From: Candidatus Fermentibacterota bacterium
Lineage (GTDB): Bacteria > Fermentibacterota > Fermentibacteria > Fermentibacterales > JCC-6
DNA: 64,000 nucleotides
Direction: 5' to 3'
Assembly: GCA_963845085.1 (NCBI GenBank)
Contig: CAWJQI010000005.1
Location: 701,832-765,831 of the forward strand
In this document: positions 48,377-57,803 of the stretch, in pieces
Layout: each line of letters opens with the position of its first letter
How positions within the stretch are numbered: position 1 is the stretch's first letter
Notes under the pieces: model-generated
What the model saw: only the letters and a program-made list of their open reading frames with translations
The model's database searches: none
Told to the model about the DNA's origin: nothing
Program-made: the position numbers and the translations under genes

Positions 48377-49294
48377 TTACTTGAAGAAATCAACAATGAT
48401 TTCGGCCACTTCAGCACCGACCCTGTCGGTCGCACCCGCTGTACCGGCTCCCATGTGGGGGCTGGCCACGACCTTGCCACTCTTCACCAGGGGGCTCTCC
48501 GCACCGGTGAGGGGTTCGGTCTCAAACACGTCGAGTGCGGCGGCGGCAACCCTGCCCTCTTCGATGGCGTTGTGCAGAGCGCTCTCATCGATCGTTCCGC
48601 CGCGACCGCAGTTGACCACCACGACGCCCTTTTTCATCGAGGCGAACCTGGCGGCGTCGAGGATGTGGTGGGTTTCGTCGGTGTGGGGCACATGAAGGCT
48701 GATGAAGTCGGCCTTGCTGCAAAGCGTTGCGAGGTCGACCTTTTTGCCGGGAACGCCGGCCTGTTCACCGGCATACGGATCATAGAAGACCACATTCATG
48801 CCGAAGGCCGCGGCCCTTTTGGCAACTTCCTTCGCAATTCTGCCGAAACCGATCAGACCAAGGGTTGAATTGAAGAGCTCAAGTCCCTTGCTGAAGGTTT
48901 TCTTGTCCCAGATGCCATCCTTCATCGTGCGGTCTGCGCCGGTGATACCGCGGCAGCAGGCGAGCATATGGGCCATTGCAAGCTCCGCGACCGCAACAGA
49001 ACTGGCGGCGGGGGTGTTCTTTACGGCGATTCCCAACGCTTCGGCATGTTCGACATCAATGTTGTCAACGCCCACTCCGCCCCTGACCACGAGCTTCAGC
49101 GAACCCTTTGCCCTGTCCAGGACGGGAACCCTGACCTTTGTTGCGCTGCGCACGACCATTGCATCGAAGGGAGGTATCGCTTCGAGCAGGGCGTCCTGGT
49201 CCATGCCGGTTTTTACCACAACTTCATGGCCCGCTTTTCTCACCACATCCAGAGCGTCTTCGGATACTGGGTCACAGATGAGGATTTTTGCCAT
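48377..49294 (-). CDS. D-2-hydroxyacid dehydrogenase (SerA-like, no ACT domain)
   Basis: VRSATKV, RGGVGVDNID, GFGRI, N..RGG, LDVFE.EP, PH.GA.T. Confidence 0.9.
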   Translation of the reverse strand: MAKILICDPVSEDALDVVRKAGHEVVVKTGMDQDALLEAIPPFDAMVVRSATKVRVPVLDRAKGSLKLVVRGGVGVDNIDVEHAEALGIAVKNTPAASSVAVAELAMAHMLACCRGITGADRTMKDGIWDKKTFSKGLELFNSTLGLIGFGRIAKEVAKRAAAFGMNVVFYDPYAGEQAGVPGKKVDLATLCSKADFISLHVPHTDETHHILDAARFASMKKGVVVVNCGRGGTIDESALHNAIEEGRVAAAALDVFETEPLTGAESPLVKSGKVVASPHMGAGTAGATDRVGAEVAEIIVDFFK

Positions 49295-49356
49295 TCCGAG
49301 CACTTCCTTTCAACACGAAACGCTTGGGATTTTGTCGACTGAAAGCAATATGCAAC

Positions 49357-50307
49357 CTATCCTCGATGCCCGGCCAAGTCAATGACCGCACACACGATTC
49401 CTTCAATGGAAAGGCCGAACAACCCCGCCAGTTCCTCCGGTGTGCCGCTTTCCCCGAAACGGTCCGGGACGCCCATGATGCGCATGGGAAGTGGTCTGTT
49501 CACTGCCAGAAACTCGGCCACGGTTCCCCCCAGCCCTCCCGCAGCCTGATGATCCTCAACGGTGACGACACCGAAGGCACTCGCGGTGGTTTCCATGAGA
49601 AGGGCTCCGTCAAGGGGTTTCACTGACGCCATGTCTATCACCGCTGCGCCGATTCCCTTCCCCAGGAGCGTTTCTGAAGCTTCGAGCGCCGGGGCGACCA
49701 TTGCTCCGCAGGCCACGATGACGACATCCCGCCCCGGGCGCAGCAGGTTCCCCCGCCCCGGCACCAGGGGATGTTCGCTGCCGTAAAGCTGCGGAACCGG
49801 GTTTCTGCCGAACCTGATGTAGACCGGACCCGGCAGCTCAAGCGAAGCCAGCACGGCCGCACGGGTCTGGTTTGCATCGGCCGGAACCAGCACCGTCATG
49901 CCGGGCAGGGTGCGGGTCTGGGCGATATCCTCAAGGGCCTGGTGCGTTCCTCCGTCGGGGCCCACACTGAGGCCGCCGTGGGCTCCGCCGATCCTCACGG
50001 GAAGCCCCATGTTGCATACCGATGTTCTGATCTGGTCGAGTGCCCTGCCAACGGCGAAGACCGCGTAAGTGCTGTAGAAGGGAAGAAAACCGGCAAGGGC
50101 AAGTCCGGCTGCGTGGCCCGCAATGTTCTGCTCGGCTATCCCAAGGTTCCAGTACCTTCCGGGGAACCTGTCACGGAAGGCCTGAGTGCCGATGGAGCGC
50201 CCGACATCCCCATCCAGCACAACCACCCTCGCATCCTTCTCACCGGCTGCAAGCAGGCCTTCCAGGTATCCCTCCCTGGTGGGGCGAAGCGGCAGACCGG
50301 TCATCAT
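49357..50307 (-). CDS. Transketolase, C-terminal subunit
   Basis: GIAEQN, DQIR, G.DG.THQ..ED, GP.YIR, DRFGESG. Confidence 0.93.
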   Translation of the reverse strand: MMTGLPLRPTREGYLEGLLAAGEKDARVVVLDGDVGRSIGTQAFRDRFPGRYWNLGIAEQNIAGHAAGLALAGFLPFYSTYAVFAVGRALDQIRTSVCNMGLPVRIGGAHGGLSVGPDGGTHQALEDIAQTRTLPGMTVLVPADANQTRAAVLASLELPGPVYIRFGRNPVPQLYGSEHPLVPGRGNLLRPGRDVVIVACGAMVAPALEASETLLGKGIGAAVIDMASVKPLDGALLMETTASAFGVVTVEDHQAAGGLGGTVAEFLAVNRPLPMRIMGVPDRFGESGTPEELAGLFGLSIEGIVCAVIDLAGHRG

Positions 50308-51131
50308 GAAAGCTCTTTCAAAGCCCTTGCGAGCTCGGTTTCGTCGGGAGCCCTGCCGTGCCACCCGCATTCGCCCTCCATGAATGAAACTCCCCTTCCC
50401 TTCACGGTGTCCGCGATGACCGCCAGTGGACCCCGGCCCGGGTGTGATAAGGCTGTTTTCAGCTCTTCGGGGTCATGCCCGTCGCAGCGCTGAACCCTCC
50501 AGCCGAATGATCTCCACTTGTCCTCAAGCGGCTCGACCGGAATTATCGAGCAGGTTGGACCATCAAGCTGCACACCGTTGTTGTCCACAATCGCAGTGAG
50601 GTTGTCGAGACCGAGGGCGGGCGCTGCCATCGCGGCTTCCCAGACGGCGCCCTCCTGAAGCTCTCCATCCCCGAGAAGGCAGTAGACCCGGTTCCCGGTG
50701 CCTTTGAGGCTGAGCCCGAGCGCAAGACCCGACGCTATGGACAGACCCTGACCGAGGCTTCCCGTTGAGCAGTCCAGCCCCGGCAGGTCCTGCATGTGGG
50801 GATGGCCCTGGAGTCTTGATCGCAGCCTTCGCAGAGTGAAAAGCTCGTCACATTCGAAGTAGCCGCACCTTGAAAGAACAGCGTACAGGGCCGGGGCAGC
50901 ATGCCCCTTGGACAGCACGAATCTGTCCCGGCGCTCCCAGCGGGGGTTCTCAGGGTCGTGCCGGAGGATGCCCCGGTAAAGCAGAACGAGGATCTCGACG
51001 CACGACAGGCTGCCGCCGGGGTGCCCGCTTCCGGCACAATGGATCATCTCCAGAATGAGGCGCCGCACGGCCCGGCACTCCCCGATCATGGCAGCAGCAT
51101 TCCACGCACTTGTTCCGGGTGCGCCTACCAT
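50304..51131 (-). CDS. Transketolase, N-terminal subunit
   Basis: SGHPGGSLS, DRFVLSKGHA, TGSLGQG, GDGELQEG..WEA, TVKGRG, WH. Confidence 0.93.
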   Translation of the reverse strand: MVGAPGTSAWNAAAMIGECRAVRRLILEMIHCAGSGHPGGSLSCVEILVLLYRGILRHDPENPRWERRDRFVLSKGHAAPALYAVLSRCGYFECDELFTLRRLRSRLQGHPHMQDLPGLDCSTGSLGQGLSIASGLALGLSLKGTGNRVYCLLGDGELQEGAVWEAAMAAPALGLDNLTAIVDNNGVQLDGPTCSIIPVEPLEDKWRSFGWRVQRCDGHDPEELKTALSHPGRGPLAVIADTVKGRGVSFMEGECGWHGRAPDETELARALKELS

Positions 51132-53256
51132 GCCTTGGCGGCTTTCTCCGGTCCGCCCCCCTCTTTTGAAAGCGGGACGTACCCGGTCAGGATGGTCTTG
51201 GGCTCGTCGAAGCCGAAATCGATGGAGAGCTCCCATTCGTCACCGCGGCGACGGGCGGACAGGACCATCCCCCTGCCGTAACGGGGGTGCCTTATCACCT
51301 CGCCCCTTTTGTAACCCTCGGGCTGGGTGGGGCAGGGCATCACGGGTCTTGGGGCGGGGGATTCGGAGAGGACCGGCGCTATCTCGTTAAGGAAACGGGA
51401 TGGACCGCACCTGAAGCCGCCCTGTTGCATCCTGGCCAGACAGGATGTGAGAAAAAGCCTTTTCCTTGCCCTTGTCATCCCCACGTAGAGCAGCCTTCGC
51501 TCCTCCTCGAGGTCGGACGGGGCGCTCTCGTTCCTGCGGATATGCGGCAAAAGCCCCTCCTCGAGGCCGGCAATGAAAACCACGTCGAACTCCAGCCCCT
51601 TTGCGCAATGCAGGGTCATGAGGGCAATGCCTTCCTCGCTGTAGGCGTCCTGCGTCGTGAGAAGGCTCTGCTCGGCAAGAAACCCGGGCAGGCCGCCATG
51701 CGGCTGACCGATGTCGTACTGCGCGGCAAAGCGGCGAAGCTCCTCGATGTTCTCAAGCCTGGACTGGTCGGCCACGTCATCGGGGTTGTACTGCTTCTGA
51801 AGGCCTGTTTCCAGAAGCACGAGGTCGATTATCTCGCCGGCCGGGTCTCCGCTGGAAACCATCCCGGCCGCCTTCCGAAGGCTTGCCCCCAGCTCACCCA
51901 GTGCCGCCGCTCCACGCTGGGTGATCCCCGGCCAGGAATGTGCGTTGGAGAGGGCCGACAAATAATCCCCGCCAGCCAGGGAAGCCTGGCTGAAGAAGCT
52001 CTCCGTCCCCTTGCCGCCGACACCTCGGGGTGGCTTGTTTATGACCCTGTAAAGGCTTTCGCCATCCCTCGGATTGACGATCACCCTGAGAAAGCTCACA
52101 AGATCCTTGATCTCCTCGCGCTCGAAGAAACGCTGGGCTCCGACAACCTCATACGCAACACCGCACCTCCTGCATGCCGCCTCGAACTCCCTGGACTGGG
52201 CGTTGGTCCTGTAAAGAACCGCCATCCGGTTGAGCGGGGTGCCCGACGTGTGAAAGGCGAGCGCTGTCCTGACGGTCCATTCAGCCTCGTCGGGGGGGAG
52301 GCGACCGGCTGGACCTTCACGGGTTCACCGGTTTCCTGGACCGACCGGAGTGTTTTTCCGTGCCGTCCCAGGTTGTGCGTGACAAGAATGTCGGCGGCCT
52401 TGAGAATGTTTCCGGTCGACCGGTAATTGGTCTCGAGCCTGACGATCTTCGTGCCGGGAAAGTCCTTAGGGAAGTCGAGGATGTTCGAAACCCTCGCACC
52501 CCTCCAGCCGTAAATGGCCTGATCGTCGTCGCCGACCACCGTCACATGTGTGGAGCCTCCCGCCAGGGTCTTGAGGATTTCGTGCTGCACAAGGTTGGTG
52601 TCCTGGTATTCGTCGACGAGGATCCTGAGAAACTTGGAGCGGTAGTAATCCCCTATGTCACTATTTTGACGCAATCCCTTAAGAGTGTATGTCAACAGAT
52701 CGTCAAAATCGAAAGCCCGGTTCTCCGCAAGAATCCGCTGGTAGGAGTCGTAAACCCTTGCCAATGCTTCCTGTCTTACCGTTGCCGCCTCTTCCAGGGC
52801 TTCCCCGGGAGAGAGAAGGTCGCTCTTCTTTCCGGAGATCCACGACAGCGCGGCGGAAACCGTTATTCCCCCGGGCAGTGACATGTTTTTCAGAAGCTTT
52901 CTGATGATGCTCTTCTGGTCTGAACCGTCGTACACGGTGCAGTTGTCGCCATACCCGAGCCGGCCGGCCTCCCGGCGAAGAAACCACAGGCAGGTCGAGT
53001 GGAATGTGCCCATTCTGGGAAGGTCCCTGCCTCCCAGCATCTCGTCCACCCTTCTCCCCATCTCGCGGGCGGCCTTGTTCGTAAAGGTCATGGCAAGGAT
53101 GTTTCCGGGTTTGACAGTTCCCTCCCTCAACAGACGGGCGATCTTGGCCGTCAGGACCCTGGTCTTGCCGCTTCCCGCTCCTGCAAGCACAAGAAGATGC
53201 CCGTCATCATACTCCACGGCCTCCTTCTGCTCGGGGTTGAGGTGAAGATCATTCAT
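51125..53256 (-). CDS. UvrD/PcrA helicase, split by a frameshift in the G7 run at 52292-52298
   Basis: AGAGSGKT, TFTNKAA, DEYQDTN, NYRST in one frame; DEAEW...AVLYRTNAQSR, MTLHCAKGLEF, EERRLLYVGMTRA in another. Confidence 0.9.
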
Positions 53257-53272
53257 TTGGCAACCTTCTTGC
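53257..53272 (+). promoter_or_regulatory. Sigma54-like promoter 1
   Basis: TTGGCAACCTTCTTGC (GG-N10-GC); overlaps the uvrD translation-initiation region on the other strand. Confidence 0.45.
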
Positions 53273-53361
53273 TTTTATTGGAATCGCGCTTGGTGTGCAT
53301 TGTATTTTGTTGATTCCTTCTCAGTTACCGTTGCGGTGCCGACCGTGAAAGGAACTGCCGA

Positions 53362-53451
53362 GTGTACAAGCCCGGGCTGAAAAAATGGTTGATGCTTGCC
53401 CTCACGGGGGCGGCTCTTCCAGTGCTCATTCTTCTCACATGGCCGGTCTGA
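53362..53451 (+). CDS. Putative 29-aa single-TM small protein
   Basis: AAAGGA RBS, GTG start, MYKPGLKKWLMLALTGAALPVLILLTWPV*. Confidence 0.4.
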   Translation: MYKPGLKKWLMLALTGAALPVLILLTWPV

Positions 53452-53511
53452 TCCCCTCCCGGACCGCGCCCGATGATGAATGGGCGTAACAAATTCCACT
53501 CAGCCCGACAC

Positions 53512-53546
53512 TACGGGCGGCTGGCCGACCCCTCCAGCCGCCCGTA
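53512..53546. terminator. 13-bp stem-loop, terminator-like
   Basis: tacgggcggctgg-9 nt-ccagccgcccgta. Confidence 0.6.
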
Positions 53547-53587
53547 ACCATTTATACAAAATTCGGCCTTCCGTGAAAAATCAGGCA

Positions 53588-53603
53588 TTGGCAAAGTTCT
53601 TGC
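53588..53603 (+). promoter_or_regulatory. Sigma54-like promoter 2
   Basis: TTGGCAAAGTTCTTGC (GG-N10-GC), 14/16 identical to promoter 1. Confidence 0.55.
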
Positions 53604-53614
53604 TTTAAGATTGA

Positions 53615-53712
53615 GTGAACTCAAATGGGTTCCGGTTCCAACAACCCCGAAAGAGGTTGAAGGCTGGTCTTCAAGAAGAGGAATGGATCCCCCTCCCCAT
53701 TCCGGACCGGAA
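53615..53712 (+). ncRNA. Candidate structured small RNA
   Basis: Closing stem ttccggttcc/ggaccggaa enclosing caacc-(GAAA)-ggttg, gaag/cttc and ggaatgg/ccattcc hairpins; follows the sigma54-like site. Confidence 0.35.
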
Positions 53713-53745
53713 GACAGACTGGAGTCGGGACGGACAGGCGGCCGG

Positions 53746-54411
53746 TTACCCCTCCGGCCGCCTTAACTTTTCAATTATTTCAACACCCGAGCTTGTGCCG
53801 ATTATGGATGCGCCGGCGGCGAGCATCGAAAGCAGCGCTTCGGGCGTACGGATCCCCCCTGACGCCTTCACGTGAATCCCGGGCCCTGCTGCCGCCCGAA
53901 GCAGGGCTACATCCCCGGCAGTGGCGCCCCAGGCTCCAAATCCCGTTGAAGTTTTCACGCAGGATGCCCCTGCATCCACAGCGATCCTGCACGCGAGCAG
54001 CTTCTCCTCATCGGAAAGCAGGCAGGTCTCGAGGATTACCTTCACGGGAACTCCCGCAGCGGAAATCGTCTCACGCAGCAGGTGAAGCACTCCCTGAGTG
54101 TCACCGTCCTTGAGAAGCCCGACCGGAATGACCGCGTCAATCTCCCGGGCGCCGTCTGAAACAGCCTTTTCGGCTTCCAGCGGTGTCACGGGCCCGGCCC
54201 CGAGGGGAAACCCCGCGACGGAGCAGACCCATGGAACACCCCCTCGCAAAAGGGATGCTGCAAGCGATACCCTGCCCGGATTCACGCATACCGACCTGAA
54301 ACCGTACCGGAGAGCCTCGGAGCAGAACCGGGCAACATCTTCCGCCGTGGCTTCAGGACGAAGCAACGTGTGGTCGATCCTGCCCGGAATACTGCCGATG
54401 TCAGCCGTCAA
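53746..54411 (-). CDS. deoC: Deoxyribose-phosphate aldolase
   Basis: IDHTLL, GFPLG, VKVILET, VKTSTGF, VKASGGIR, IGTSSG; start TTG 54411 inferred from a TTGA overlap. Confidence 0.93.
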   Translation of the reverse strand: MTADIGSIPGRIDHTLLRPEATAEDVARFCSEALRYGFRSVCVNPGRVSLAASLLRGGVPWVCSVAGFPLGAGPVTPLEAEKAVSDGAREIDAVIPVGLLKDGDTQGVLHLLRETISAAGVPVKVILETCLLSDEEKLLACRIAVDAGASCVKTSTGFGAWGATAGDVALLRAAAGPGIHVKASGGIRTPEALLSMLAAGASIIGTSSGVEIIEKLRRPEG

Positions 54412-55709
54412 AGGCTCCGCCTGATGAAGACGAACACCATCCGGCCGGACCTCACCTCGACCGGTGGATGGTTGTACACCCTTCCGTTCACGGTGATGTT
54501 CAAAGGCCAGGTGCCTTCGGGAACCTGAAGCCTGCCCATGTGTATCTGGGCGGGCAGGGTAAGCCACGCCCTAAGGTCGGCCCTGTCAGTGACGGCTCCG
54601 GCGATGCTGAAAAGAAGCCCGACAACATCTCCGACAGTCGAGTCGCCGCTGGCGTCTTCAGCGATCTCCTCGCCAAGCTGGGAAACCCCGGCCTTGACCG
54701 CCGTGCGGGCGATCGCTCTCATCACGTCCCTGGCGGCATGATCCCTGAGGTTCTGTCTGGCAAGGGCGTTCATGTCCTGCACGAGAAACAGCGGCGTCCC
54801 AGCGCCGGCGGCCCCGGCAGAGGCTGTAACGGAACGGCGGGGGAAGTCGGGAATTGATGGCAGGGAGATGTTGAAAACCCTGTCTTCCGTGGTAACCGGA
54901 TAGCTTTCCTCGCGCCTTCGGGCGATGCTCCCGGTTTCAAGGACGATGACGATTTCACCGAACCCTTCTTCGGGGCCTGATCCCTCCCGGGCTGTGCCGG
55001 GCCAGCGCTGCTCGTACTCGGAAAGAAGGCTTTCAAAACCGGTTCGGGCGGCCAGACGCAAAAGATCTGTTTGAAGCTGTTCGGGCACGGGAACACCGTA
55101 GTTCCTGGCGTAGTCGCCATCGTATATCTCGAGGGCCCTGCGGTAACTTATCAGAGCATCGGACAATTCGCCCTCGGCCTCGTACAGGGTTCCCATGAAA
55201 TACCTGATGAATGCGTCATCGGCGTACCTGTTGGGGTTCTCGCCGTAATCGGAGTTGTAGACCCGCAGCTTCTGGTTCACCCTGCGCGCCTCGACAAGGG
55301 CGTTCTCGAAATCACCGCCCGCGGCAAAACTGGCAGCGAGTGCGTAGTTGATGAACACCTTCTCGTAATCGGCGCCCCTGAACTCGCGCGCGAGGTCGCT
55401 CGTGAGAAGCGCGGCAGCCTCCTGTTCGTACCTGGTGCCCCTCTGGCCGTCGCTGAGGCTTTCAGCCCGCAGCAGGGCGGCCCTTGCAACGGGCTGGATA
55501 CCGGCGTACCGCGCCAGGTTTCCCAACTCCATCAGGTAGAGAAGACGATCGTTTCCGGTGGAATCGGGAAACACCTGGCGCAGGCGGGTGATCGCCTCAT
55601 CGGGCTGATCGACGTTCAGCAATCCGACGACCGGCTGAATGACGCCGGTGTAGCCCGAAGCGCACGCCAGGACCAGCAGTGCAAGGCAGGAGAGCGAAAG
55701 CCTCTTCAC
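54408..55709 (-). CDS. COG3014-like TPR lipoprotein
   Basis: Lipobox LVLAC; YE...IN..A, NALVEARR, RADLRAWLTLP; adjacent to LpoB. Confidence 0.78.
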   Translation of the reverse strand: MKRLSLSCLALLVLACASGYTGVIQPVVGLLNVDQPDEAITRLRQVFPDSTGNDRLLYLMELGNLARYAGIQPVARAALLRAESLSDGQRGTRYEQEAAALLTSDLAREFRGADYEKVFINYALAASFAAGGDFENALVEARRVNQKLRVYNSDYGENPNRYADDAFIRYFMGTLYEAEGELSDALISYRRALEIYDGDYARNYGVPVPEQLQTDLLRLAARTGFESLLSEYEQRWPGTAREGSGPEEGFGEIVIVLETGSIARRREESYPVTTEDRVFNISLPSIPDFPRRSVTASAGAAGAGTPLFLVQDMNALARQNLRDHAARDVMRAIARTAVKAGVSQLGEEIAEDASGDSTVGDVVGLLFSIAGAVTDRADLRAWLTLPAQIHMGRLQVPEGTWPLNITVNGRVYNHPPVEVRSGRMVFVFIRRSL

Positions 55710-56299
55710 CACTCGATTATCTTCTTGATCTCGGTGGAGCCCATCCAGACCTTGAGTGCAGTCTCGACGCTTATCAGTTCAAGGTTGACCTGGTAGTAGA
55801 CTGCCCTGACGTCGCCTTCCTGATCCTCAACGGAGTTGACGGTGCCCACCATGACGAAGTCAGCCCCGACTTCCCTGCCGAACTGGGCAGCGGTTTCGGG
55901 AGACGCGAAAATCGACTGCTCGCGCCGTTCTTCGCGCACTTCCCCGCGCTCCGCGCCGCCTGCGGCGATGAGAACCCTGCCGCTGTTGAGCAGTGCGCGC
56001 TCGATGTCGCTCATGAACACGTCGGTGTTGATGTGCTCAAGGCTCTGGTTGCGTATTCCTCCGACGACGATGACCGGTTTCGGACTGACACCGCGATCGG
56101 GTTCCCCCCTGTAGGTGACGTTGAGCCAGGGGTCGGCGAGACACTGGTCCACCATCGAGTCGGCGACGATCCGGGAATCGGTGTCGTTCCAATGGCCGCT
56201 GAGGTCGGTGACAGTACCGGGATCGGTGCGCGTGACGGTTGTGCCCCCGCAGCCTGCAAGAACGATCGGAAGCAATGCGAGTAGAAGAAGCCTTTTCAC
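55706..56299 (-). CDS. lpoB: Penicillin-binding protein activator LpoB family lipoprotein
   Basis: Lipobox LAGC; DLSG.WNDTD, N.S.EHI, GADF, YYQV.L.L...T..KVW...EIKK. Confidence 0.8.
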   Translation of the reverse strand: MKRLLLLALLPIVLAGCGGTTVTRTDPGTVTDLSGHWNDTDSRIVADSMVDQCLADPWLNVTYRGEPDRGVSPKPVIVVGGIRNQSLEHINTDVFMSDIERALLNSGRVLIAAGGAERGEVREERREQSIFASPETAAQFGREVGADFVMVGTVNSVEDQEGDVRAVYYQVNLELISVETALKVWMGSTEIKKIIEW

Positions 56300-56315
56300 A
56301 ACGATACTCCCTTCA

Positions 56316-57111
56316 CTAAAAACCCGGAAGGTCGATGACCCCCCGGAAGATGACGTTGAAATACCCCATGTCCCGGCCGGTCCCGGTCACAAGCGGAGCC
56401 GTCAGAGGTTTGTAGAGGGAAATGTACTGCGCCGTCTGCGATCGGGGCCGCGTACGCCGGATCGGCTCCGAACCCGGTATGGGTGAGTTCCCACATTACC
56501 CGCTCGTCTTCGGTGCTGTAGCCTGCAAACATGGCCTGCCTGCTCATTGCGCCGAGGACATCCCCCAGGCTGGTCTCCATGAGTCGGGCGTAGAGCTGCA
56601 TCTCGTTGTAGGCGTTGAACTGCTCGACAACCCCCTGCTGCCTGGCCGCCTGAATCTCGGCCAGGGTCGGAAGCCTTCTGCCAAGAGTGGAAAGGTACCA
56701 CGAGGCACCGTTCCAGGTAAACCCGGCCACAGGCCTTTCAAGGCACGCGGCTGGCACCGAGTACTCTTCCGAAGTCGTGGCCACGAAGGGCGAAAATGCC
56801 AGAAAATGGCCGCTCTCGCTGTACTGGCCCGTGATGACAGAGGCAAGCACCTGGGCATCCCTGCAGTTCTGACCCAGCCAGGGGAGCACGTCACGGTACG
56901 CCACGGGGAATGAATCGATGAAGAAAGCGCCGACTGCGACTGTGTCACCCTGGACAACTACGGTTGAAGCTGGTACGTAGACCATGCCCGGCGGGGTTTC
57001 CGGAAGAAAACAGACGCTGCAGGCGTCGCCGGACTGCTCTGAACCGCATTCGGGGCAGTTCCAGGCAGCGGCGGTGAAGGCCAGCACAAAAAGGGCCCTG
57101 AGGGCGTTCAA
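56316..57111 (-). CDS. FGE-sulfatase-like domain protein with N-terminal Zn ribbon; probable frameshift near 56445
   Basis: WNCPECG...CSVC; GMVYVP, FFID..PV, GRRLPT.AE, VWE; the expected NV.FR end (YFNVIFRGVIDLPGF*) is in another frame ending at 56316. Confidence 0.65.
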
Positions 57112-57803
57112 ACCTTTTCACCTCCCTTTTTGGCCAGTCTGCTCCCCAGGTACATGAACGGGGTGTCGCAGGCGGCCACAACGAACTTTATCACATATGT
57201 GGATATCAAAACATCGATGAACACGGGTTTCGTAAGAACCCCCCAGAAGGCAATTCCGCAGAAGATCAGGGTGTCGATGAGCTGGCTTACCATTGTGGAA
57301 AGGTTGTTCCTGAGCCAGAGATACCGCCCTTTTGTGAGCCTTCTGATGAGATTGAAGGACCATACGTCATGATACTGGCTGACGAGGTACGCGGTGAGGC
57401 TGGCAACCGCAAGCCGCGGCATGAAGCCGAAGAGCAGCTTCATCGCGTCATTCACCTCAAGGGCCCACGGGTCGGGGGAAGGTGTGAAGAGAAGCGCCCC
57501 CTGCATCACCAGGGTCATGGACAGCATGCTGACAAAGCCCGCAACAACGGCCTTCCGTGCCTCGGCTGGGCCGTAAACCTCGTTCAGAAGGTCTGTCGCG
57601 AGGAAGATGATTCCGTAGAGGATGTTCCCCAGTGTCACGGTGAAGCCGAACAGTGTGGTGAGTTTCATCACCTCGAGGTTGCACAGGATGATGGCCGAGG
57701 ACACCAGGGCGATGAGCCCCGTTTTCCCGCCGAACCTGAACACCAGTATCGTCCCGAAAAGAGCCAGGACCAGGTAGATGAACCAGAGGACCTCGTTGCT
57801 CAT
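57108..57803 (-). CDS. Queuosine precursor transporter (YhhQ/Vut_1)
   Basis: N....K, TD.L.E.YG...AR..V, AS..AYL.SQ..D, LWLRNN.ST..SQ.IDT. Confidence 0.9.
   Translation of the reverse strand: MSNEVLWFIYLVLALFGTILVFRFGGKTGLIALVSSAIILCNLEVMKLTTLFGFTVTLGNILYGIIFLATDLLNEVYGPAEARKAVVAGFVSMLSMTLVMQGALLFTPSPDPWALEVNDAMKLLFGFMPRLAVASLTAYLVSQYHDVWSFNLIRRLTKGRYLWLRNNLSTMVSQLIDTLIFCGIAFWGVLTKPVFIDVLISTYVIKFVVAACDTPFMYLGSRLAKKGGEKV

Noticed and set aside
53630-53712. Possible tRNA-Sec (cloverleaf-like fold with CTTCAA)
   Set aside because: No anticodon stem closes the UCA, and there is no TTCGA T-loop or CCA end
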